DNA from: Eledone cirrhosa | Taxonomy: Eukaryota | Direction: 5' to 3' | Length of the DNA stretch: 64,000 nucleotides | Assembly (NCBI GenBank): GCA_964016885.1 | Contig: OZ024756.1 | Location: 38,316,001 to 38,380,000, forward strand | Shown here: positions 55,779 to 64,000 of the stretch, one piece after another | Position numbering within the stretch: the first letter of the stretch is position 1 | Layout of the letters: each line of letters opens with the position of its first letter | Program-made: the position numbers and the translations under genes | Notes under the pieces: generated by a model | The model's input: only the letters and a program-made list of their open reading frames with translations | What the model was told of the DNA's origin: nothing | Databases searched by the model: none

Positions 55779-56245
55779 AGATAAGTTTTCCTTCATGTTT
55801 ATCCACTTGCTTCAATTATTTCTATGATGGACTCATGTAAACCGTAAAGTACAATCCTTCTCTCCATTTCCACGCTCAATTCCGTACACAGTCCAAACAA
55901 ACATCCAATCTCGCAAAATCCGAAATCTGTATTTTTTTGTTATCTATTTAAGGTTTAAATACGGTGTTTTTGTCGTATTGAACAGAACAAATCTTGCAGT
56001 TTTGCTTTTTGTTAAATCGCTTGTTAAACATTCATAACCTTCCAGCTTAATTCTATCGTATTCTCAAACAAAAAAACAAAATCCTCCCCATTCTACTTAT
56101 AAATTACTTTAAATATATATAGTATGCTACTTGAAAGTCAAAAAGCCGATCCACCCCTTCACCCTCCTGCTTCTCCACGAGGGGGCTGCGGTCAGCCACT
56201 ATCTCCCCCCCCCTCTCTTTCTTCCCCTCTATCTCTCGCTTAGCT

Positions 56246-56280
<35 letters not shown>

Positions 56281-56747
56281 AGATAAGTTTTCCTTCATGT
56301 TTATCCACTTGCTTCAATTATTTCTATGATGGACTCATGTAAACCGTAAAGTACAATCCTTCTCTCCATTTCCACGCTCAATTCCGTACACAGTCCAAAC
56401 AAACATCCAATCTCGCAAAATCCGAAATCTGTATTTTTTTGTTATCTATTTAAGGTTTAAATACGGTGTTTTTGTCGTATTGAACAGAACAAATCTTGCA
56501 GTTTTGCTTTTTGTTAAATCGCTTGTTAAACATTCATAACCTTCCAGCTTAATTCTATCGTATTCTCAAACAAAAAAACAAAATCCTCCCCATTCTACTT
56601 ATAAATTACTTTAAATATATATAGTATGCTACTTGAAAGTCAAAAAGCCGATCCACCCCTTCACCCTCCTGCTTCTCCACGAGGGGGCTGCGGTCAGCCA
56701 CTATCTCCCCCCCCCTCTCTTTCTTCCCCTCTATCTCTCGCTTAGCT

Positions 56748-56782
<35 letters not shown>

Positions 56783-57249
56783 AGATAAGTTTTCCTTCAT
56801 GTTTATCCACTTGCTTCAATTATTTCTATGATGGACTCATGTAAACCGTAAAGTACAATCCTTCTCTCCATTTCCACGCTCAATTCCGTACACAGTCCAA
56901 ACAAACATCCAATCTCGCAAAATCCGAAATCTGTATTTTTTTGTTATCTATTTAAGGTTTAAATACGGTGTTTTTGTCGTATTGAACAGAACAAATCTTG
57001 CAGTTTTGCTTTTTGTTAAATCGCTTGTTAAACATTCATAACCTTCCAGCTTAATTCTATCGTATTCTCAAACAAAAAAACAAAATCCTCCCCATTCTAC
57101 TTATAAATTACTTTAAATATATATAGTATGCTACTTGAAAGTCAAAAAGCCGATCCACCCCTTCACCCTCCTGCTTCTCCACGAGGGGGCTGCGGTCAGC
57201 CACTATCTCCCCCCCCCTCTCTTTCTTCCCCTCTATCTCTCGCTTAGCT

Positions 57250-57284
<35 letters not shown>

Positions 57285-57553
57285 AGATAAGTTTTCCTTC
57301 ATGTTTATCCACTTGCTTCAATTATTTCTATGATGGACTCATGTAAACCGTAAAGTACAATCCTTCTCTCCATTTCCACGCTCAATTCCGTACACAGTCC
57401 AAACAAACATCCAATCTCGCAAAATCCGAAATCTGTATTTTTTTGTTATCTATTTAAGGTTTAAATACGGTGTTTTTGTCGTATTGAACAGAACAAATCT
57501 TGCAGTTTTGCTTTTTGTTAAATCGCTTGTTAAACATTCATAACCTTCCAGCT
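54841..57553. repeat. 502-bp tandem array, 5 full copies + 200-bp partial
   Basis: AGTACAATCC at 54841, 55346, 55848, 56350, 56852 and 57354; units appear identical except a longer C-run in unit 1. Confidence 0.97.
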
Positions 57554-60500
57554 AGCTACCCCACACCCCTCCCTCCCCCACACGCCACCATACTTAATAC
57601 GTGGACCAATCATAAGCCAGACCCCCCCCCCCGCATCACCACCATTATTATAAGCCAGAGCCACCCACCCCCACCCCCACGCATCACCATTATTATTATT
57701 ACGCGGACCAAATCATAAGCCAGAGGCCTATACTATCGCTTGCCCGGTTGCCTTCGATATATGATGGATGGATGGATGGATGGATGGACGGACGGACTGC
57801 GGAATCCTTGGAGAGTGGAAGGGAGAGAAAAATCTGGACGCCCAGAGCGAAAATGCCAATGCTAAAGTCAAATTCACCTCGTGGACGAGAATGCGAGCAC
57901 TCTTCTTTGTTTCGCCCGCGGATGGCTAACATAACCCCATCTCCCCCCGCCCCACACCACCCCCACCCTCCAAACGCGATCCAAAACTTCAGAGTTGGTA
58001 CCATAAATGTAGGCACCCTAAAGGGTCGCGCTAACGAGGTTGTAGAAATGCTTGAACGTAAGGAGGTCGATGTTTGTTGTATTCAAGAGACCAGGTGGAG
58101 GGGTGGGTCTGCTAGATTCATTGAGGGTAAAAAACGATGTTATAAGCTTTTCTGGGTGGGAAACGACGATGGGCTGGGTGGAGTAGGAATCATGGTAGCA
58201 GAAAAGTGGGCAGATAAGATAATAGACGTAAATAGAGTGAACGACAGAATAATTAAAATAAGACTTGTCCTCAATAGAACTACGGTGACAGTAATATCTG
58301 CGTACGCACCCCAATCCGGACTGCCCGGCACTATAAAAGACAGATTCTATGAGACACTGTTGCTAACTACCTCCCAAATATCTGACAGTGACTATATAAT
58401 TATTGCAGGCGACCTAAATGGTCACGTTGGACAACATTGTGACGGCTATGACGAAATCCATGGAGGCTATGGGTTTGGTACTAGAAATGAGGAAGGCTCC
58501 AGAATTCTGGAATACTGTGATGCAAATAACCTAACTATCTGTAACACTAACTTCAAAAAACGTGACAATCACCTGATTACCTATAGATCCGGGGAACACA
58601 CAAGCCAGGTAGATTATATCCTTACCAGAAGACGTGACAGAGTGTCTGTTGTAAACACTAAATCCCTCCCCCATGAAGAATGCACCTCCCAACATAGACT
58701 GATAATTAGCGACCTCATAGTCAGGACGAGACGCACCCGACAGCAGAAGAGGACTATCCTCAGGAGGAAAATATGGAAACTAAAAGACCCCACAGCCAGA
58801 AATAAATTTCAAAGCATATTACTTGATGCTTTCGACAGTAAGGAAGAGCATCTAGAATCGGACAATATAGAGGGACAGTGGAAATTTCTGAAAGCTAACC
58901 TGCTGTTGGCGACAGACGAAGTCTGTGGCTGGAGCAGGCCTGTAGGCAGGAGGAGAGTAACATGGTGGTGGAACAGTAAGGTGGAGGGGTCAATTAAGGC
59001 CAAAAAGCAGGCTTGGAAAGTATGGCGGGATGGGGGAAGTAGAGTAGACTATCAAGTGGCCAGGAGGGAAGCTAGGAGAGAAGTGTACTTAGCAAGAAGG
59101 GAAGCTGAGGAAAGAAAGTTCAAGCATGTTCTACAACGCGATGACCAAAAACGTGAGGTGTTCAGGATTGCCAGGCAATGCGTCAAGGAAAACCGTGATA
59201 TTGTCGGGGAGAAGTGTGTACTTAACGATGATGGCATACTTGCCATCACCGACACTGATAAGAAGGTAGCTTGGAAGTGTCACTATGAAAGGCTACTAAA
59301 TGAGGAGAATAAATGGGAGAAAGACAGTCTCCCCCATATCGACCCGATAGAGGGACCAGCAGTGTTAGTCGAGGGGAGTATAATAAGTAAGGCAATCAAG
59401 GATATGAAGACTGGTAAGGCGGCTGGGCCTTCGGAAATAGTTGCTGAGATGCTGAAGGCATCTGGCACGGTGGGACACACCATGGTCACCCGCATAGTTA
59501 ACCAAGTCGTACAGAATGGGGTTGTTCCGAAGGACTGGCATAGCAGCATCATCGTTAACTGTTATAAGGGTAAAGGAGACGCCCTAGATAGGAGTAACTA
59601 TAGAGGCATTAAATTAATCGACCAGGTCATGAAGGTCACGGAAAAAGTAATAGCGCAACTAATCAGAGAGAGAATTGATCTAGATGAAATGCAGTTCGGG
59701 TTTGTGTCAGGCAAAAGCACCACAGACGCTCTTTTCATAGTACGACAACTACAGGAGAAGTACCTAGCTAAAGGTAAACCCCTCTACTTAGCTTTTGTCG
59801 ACCTGGAGAAAGCCTTCGACAGAGTCCCCCGCTCCATTATCTGGTGGGCTCTTAGAAAACTAGGCGTTGACGAATGGCTTGTGAGGGCTATACAAGCCAT
59901 GTATAAAGAAACAGTCAGCAAGGTTAGAATTAACAACGAATATAGTGAAGAGTTTAGCGTAAAAGTTGGCGTCCATCAGGGCTCTGTTCTCAGCCCCCTA
60001 CTATTTATTATTGCCCTTCAGGCTATAACAGAGGAGTTCAAGACAGGCTGCCCATGGGAACTCCTATACGCAGACGACCTGACACTCATAGCGGAATCAA
60101 TGGCCGAGCTAGAGAAGAAATTCCAAACATGGAAGCACGGCCTAGAGTCAAAAGGACTTAAAATTAACCTGGCTAAGACCAAAGTTCTAGTTTGTAGGAA
60201 AGAAAACAAGGCGGCGGTCCCTTCTGGGAAATGGTCGTGCTCGGTATGTAGGAAAGGCGTAGGTAGAAACTCCATCTTATGTCCTAAATGCAAAGTATGG
60301 GTGCATAAAAGATGTAGTGGGATCACAGGTAAGCTAACTAAGAACATAGACTTTACATGTGGCCGGTGTTCTGGTGCAATAAGTAGCAGCAAGTGCCCAC
60401 AAAATACTAGCTCTTTCAATTGCGCAGAGGGTTTTATAGAAATAGTGGACAGCTTCCGTTACCTGGGCGATAAAATCAGCAGTGGGGGAGGGTGCTCTGA

Positions 60501-61390
60501 AAGTACTGTAGCTAGAGTCAGAACTGGTTGGAAAAAGTTCAGAGAGCTTATACCACTATTAGCTGCTAAAGGGTTCTCCCTAAAAATGAAAGGCAGGTTG
60601 TACGATGCCTGCATACGAACAGCAATGTTGCATGGTAGTGAGACCTGGGCATTGTGTGCAGAGGATATACGCAGACTAGAGAGGAACGAAGCTTGCATGC
60701 TCCGCTGGATGTGTAACAGTAATATACGTGAACGGCAAAGCATAAACGAACTAAGGAAAAAATTAGAGATAAGAGGGATCAGATGTTGTTTACTCGAGAG
60801 AAGGCTGCGTTGGTATGGACACGTGATGCGCATGAAAGTCGATAGCTGTATTACAAAGTGCAGGGCAATAAAGATAGACGGTAGCCACGGAATAGGCAGA
60901 CCTAGAAAAACATGGGATGAGCTGATAAACTCCGACCTCACACACTTACACCTCTCCAAGACAATGTCACTGGACCGTGACCTTTGGCGGTACTCAGTAA
61001 CAGAGAAGACCCGCCTTGCCAGTAGGCATCTCTAACAAAATACACCCCTCCCGCCGCCACCCCCACCCCATCCACACCACCCCGTTCTATGTAAAGTTAT
61101 GTTGGTGCCGCGCCATCCAGGCCGAAACAAATGAGATCGTGTAGGTGTCACGACAAAAAAACACACAGTCCACGCTGTAATGTGGCCGTGTAGGCAACAC
61201 GGTAAAAACCTCCCAGACCCACACTGTAAATGTGGTTGGTGTTAGGAAGGGCATCCAACTGTAGAAAACCTGCCAGACAGTCCTATGCGAGCAAGACAAT
61301 CACTCTTGCCTCAAGTGGGACTACCCCCGTCCAAACCCATGCAAGCGTGGAACACGGACGTTAAACGTTGATGATGATGATGATGATGAT
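57554..61390 (+). mobile_element. Apparently full-length RTE-clade LINE (lineage A)
   Basis: C-rich 5' region, single intact ORF, ~350-nt 3' UTR, (GAT)n tail. The 5' boundary is inferred and no TSD is evident. Confidence 0.92.
57853..61035 (+). CDS. RTE ORF: APE endonuclease + reverse transcriptase with inserted PHD finger
   Basis: APE motifs GTINVGTL, CIQETRW, SAYAP, GDLNGHVG, VDYIL, SQH; RT motifs YRGIKL, QFGF, FVDLEKAFD, GVHQGSVLSPLLF, YADD, FRYLG; C-terminal RRLRWYGHV and GRPRKTW. The frame is open from 57748; a start ATG at 57853 or 57922 is inferred. Confidence 0.95.
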   Translation: MPMLKSNSPRGRECEHSSLFRPRMANITPSPPAPHHPHPPNAIQNFRVGTINVGTLKGRANEVVEMLERKEVDVCCIQETRWRGGSARFIEGKKRCYKLFWVGNDDGLGGVGIMVAEKWADKIIDVNRVNDRIIKIRLVLNRTTVTVISAYAPQSGLPGTIKDRFYETLLLTTSQISDSDYIIIAGDLNGHVGQHCDGYDEIHGGYGFGTRNEEGSRILEYCDANNLTICNTNFKKRDNHLITYRSGEHTSQVDYILTRRRDRVSVVNTKSLPHEECTSQHRLIISDLIVRTRRTRQQKRTILRRKIWKLKDPTARNKFQSILLDAFDSKEEHLESDNIEGQWKFLKANLLLATDEVCGWSRPVGRRRVTWWWNSKVEGSIKAKKQAWKVWRDGGSRVDYQVARREARREVYLARREAEERKFKHVLQRDDQKREVFRIARQCVKENRDIVGEKCVLNDDGILAITDTDKKVAWKCHYERLLNEENKWEKDSLPHIDPIEGPAVLVEGSIISKAIKDMKTGKAAGPSEIVAEMLKASGTVGHTMVTRIVNQVVQNGVVPKDWHSSIIVNCYKGKGDALDRSNYRGIKLIDQVMKVTEKVIAQLIRERIDLDEMQFGFVSGKSTTDALFIVRQLQEKYLAKGKPLYLAFVDLEKAFDRVPRSIIWWALRKLGVDEWLVRAIQAMYKETVSKVRINNEYSEEFSVKVGVHQGSVLSPLLFIIALQAITEEFKTGCPWELLYADDLTLIAESMAELEKKFQTWKHGLESKGLKINLAKTKVLVCRKENKAAVPSGKWSCSVCRKGVGRNSILCPKCKVWVHKRCSGITGKLTKNIDFTCGRCSGAISSSKCPQNTSSFNCAEGFIEIVDSFRYLGDKISSGGGCSESTVARVRTGWKKFRELIPLLAAKGFSLKMKGRLYDACIRTAMLHGSETWALCAEDIRRLERNEACMLRWMCNSNIRERQSINELRKKLEIRGIRCCLLERRLRWYGHVMRMKVDSCITKCRAIKIDGSHGIGRPRKTWDELINSDLTHLHLSKTMSLDRDLWRYSVTEKTRLASRHL

Positions 61391-62295
61391 AGTTAAGATT
61401 TTACATAATTTTCACATAATCATAACTGCTTATGACTTGACAGCATCATAAGCAATTAAGACTTTACAGTGTCATAAGCAGTTATGACTTGACAGCATCA
61501 TAAGCAGTTATGACTTTACAAAATTATAAACAGTTATTTTGCAGAATTATATTCATGATGTACAGAATTATATTTCTGATTTAAGAGAATTATAATTATT
61601 AATTATCTAAATAGTTAAGCTTTTTTTTTTTTTGCAGGAATAACAAAAAAAAAATAAAAAATAAAATAAAAATAAATTGCTTCTTTTTTTTTTTTTTGCT
61701 TTCAAATGCAGAAATTTACCAACAAAAGAAAAAGTTAAAATGAAAAATAAAAAATAGAGGGTTATTTTTTGAGAATTTAAAAAGAATATGTTTAAATATT
61801 TCAAAATAAAAAAAATAGGTGTGTATGCATATATATCTAGGTTTGTGTGTGTATGCAAGTGTATATATATCTGTGTGTGTGTGTGTGCACATATATATAT
61901 GTATATATATGAAAGTATGCATGTGTATAGATTATTTTTCAATCTCTATGATTATTTACATACCAGCAATAGAACAGGAGAGAGAGGGGGGCAGAGAGAA
62001 ATGGGATATTGCTGTTATACATAACTTAATCATGTATTTATATATACATGCATATACACACATATATATATATGTTCATGTATGTATGTATGTGTGTGTG
62101 TAATACACACACTGGTATACGTTTTTCAGGTTGTAAGCACTAACAGAACTCTATACACACAGTGTACAGCAGAGTTGAGTAGAGAACAGTAGAGGGAGAT
62201 AATCTATTTTATATTACTGTTGTGAACAAAAGGTGGAAGGACAAAATGTATAATGCAATAACTGCCACTTATTGACATTATATACATATATATAT

Positions 62296-62398
62296 ATAAT
62301 TGTTTCTACTATTGGCACAAGGCCAGCAATTACCCAGTAAAGTACCAGTAATGTACTGGGTAATTGCTGGCCTTGTGCCAATAGTAGAAACAATTATA
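62296..62398. mobile_element. Fold-back (inverted) SINE 3' ends
   Basis: TAATTGTTTCTACTATTGGCACAAGGCCAGCAATTACCCAGTA / TACTGGGTAATTGCTGGCCTTGTGCCAATAGTAGAAACAATTA with a 14-nt spacer. Confidence 0.85.
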
Positions 62399-62653
62399 TA
62401 TATATATATATAATGTATATAATTTGGTAAAGTCGAGACAGTACTCAAACTGTGGGAAGATTGTACACAGATATTTATTAAACTATGGTATCATTTAGGT
62501 ACAATTGTTTCTGTGGCTGTTTATTGGAGATTCTCACCGAGACAGGCCCCCAGATCTTCAGCATATATGAATCTATTTTGTAATATAATAGACTCAATAT
62601 AGGCTAAGAAACCATAGTTTGTGTGATATATATATATATTTTATATATATATT

Positions 62654-62684
<31 letters not shown>

Positions 62685-62787
62685 CAACAGCATTATAGAA
62701 TTTTGATAGGTTGTTTTATATTTTACAGACATTAGAAAGGGACAGAAAAAAGGGAGGTTAGTGATATTCATTGTACTGCAGCATTTA

Positions 62788-62825
<38 letters not shown>

Positions 62826-63849
62826 ACTAGTGATAAACAGCTGGTAGAGGGCAGCAAAGACATTAGAAAATATAAAACCCCCCAAAATTATCAAGTAGAC
62901 CACACTGGCTGCAAATGAGCAGCAAAGTTTTAAGACACTTTGGTCAAATTGTTGTTTGGTGTTCGAGAAGAGATGTGATGGATATTAAAAAACAAATACA
63001 ATTTGTTCAACACACTCATGTCAATTGTTCTTTTACACAATGACAAATGTCTCAGTTCATGTTTCTGGTTAAATCAGTTGCTGCTGTTGTCGTCGGTGGT
63101 GGTGGTGTTGTTGCTGTTGCTGGTGTTGTTGCTGCTGCTGTTGGTGGTGGTGGTGGTGGTGTTGTTGCTGCCCTCTCGATAGGAAAGTAGTTTCAGGCTG
63201 ATATTCACAAAGTGATCAAGCTTTTGCAGCTCCTGTAGAAATTGGTAGAAAAAATAAGAGAATATAAACAAGAAGAACATTTTAAAAGAAACCCCAAAAA
63301 AGAAAGCACTTGATGACATCAGAATTGTCCATATTTGGAATAAATTAACAAAAAACAAAAAAAAAAAACAAAAAAACAATTCTCAAACAGCATTTATTAA
63401 TGTGAGTGGAGTGTGGTTTATATACTGGTAGGAGTGGAGTGTGGTTTAACTCTTAACCTCCTGTAATGATTTATGAGAAAATATTTTTAAATGTTTTTGT
63501 TCAAATATTTATAGTATCTTTACTGGTGGATAGATTGTGAAAATTTACAATATTAGAGTAAATATTGAAATTTTTTATGACAATCATAGTGCTGTTTTGG
63601 ACTTTTCAATATAGGAAACCTGTATGGTTTAAATGTGGGAAACATGAATATTTTAAGTATTGAAGAGAGGAGAATGTTTTAAATGTGGCCAGACAGAAGT
63701 ATGGTTTAAATTTAGAAAACAAGAGTGGTTTAAATATTTAAGGGAGTAAAATGGTCTAAATATTTAAGGGAGTAGAATGGTTTAAATGGTGACAGAGTGG
63801 GGAGAATGGTTTAAATATTCGAAGAACTCAACAAGTCTTTAAATATAAA

Positions 63850-64000
63850 TTACAAAGAAAGACTTGGGTGGAGATGGTGAAAACTGATCTCAAACCACAG
63901 CAGCTCAGAGAGAGAGAGTGACAAAGGATTACAATAAGGGAAGGGATGCGGTACTGGAAAAGACTTGTCCAACCCATGCTAGCATGGAAAAGTGGACATA
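63850..64000 (+). mobile_element. RTE 3' end (short-UTR type), runs off the window
   Basis: RKTWVEMVKTDL...DAVLEKT, then CCAACCCATGCTAGCATGGAAAAGTGGAC. Confidence 0.75.

Noticed and set aside
55602-57302. Four identical 64-aa minus-strand ORFs
   Set aside because: By-product of the 502-bp array; they read through CA/GA tracts, are frameshifted in unit 1 and have no domain signature.
57860-57930. HDV-like ribozyme in the RTE 5' region (CACCTCGTGG resembles an L3 motif)
   Set aside because: Could not build P1/P2/P4 or the catalytic-C junction by eye; an RNArobo/Infernal search would be needed.
57699-60959. Minus-strand ORFs overlapping the RTE ORF
   Set aside because: Antisense shadows of the coding frame with no independent motifs.

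Overview
Repeat-dense, AT-rich eukaryotic (animal) genomic DNA. The SINE and RTE families and the long (TA)n/(TATG)n tracts suggest an octopod cephalopod (inference). No host protein-coding gene can be supported; almost all ORF-track entries are microsatellite artefacts. The real content is as follows. (1) One apparently intact RTE-clade LINE (~57554-61390) with APE endonuclease + RT and a C4HC3 PHD finger inserted inside the RT, directly abutting a near-perfect 502-bp x5.4 tandem array. (2) A 5'-truncated Penelope-like element (~34587-37057) whose Met-free 366-codon RT-thumb/GIY-YIG frame is largely missed by the ORF track and which ends in a well-formed type I hammerhead ribozyme. (3) Many truncated RTE copies of at least three lineages; two carry a covarying, repeated 3'-UTR RNA module (pseudoknot + CUGUAAA-loop hairpin). 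(4) tRNA-derived SINEs with swapped tails and fold-back insertions. (5) CRE, CR1/Jockey-like and piggyBac remnants, Tc1/mariner-, piggyBac- and hAT-type MITEs, many minisatellites, and a 200-N gap. A few splice-site pairs hint at non-coding or UTR exons.
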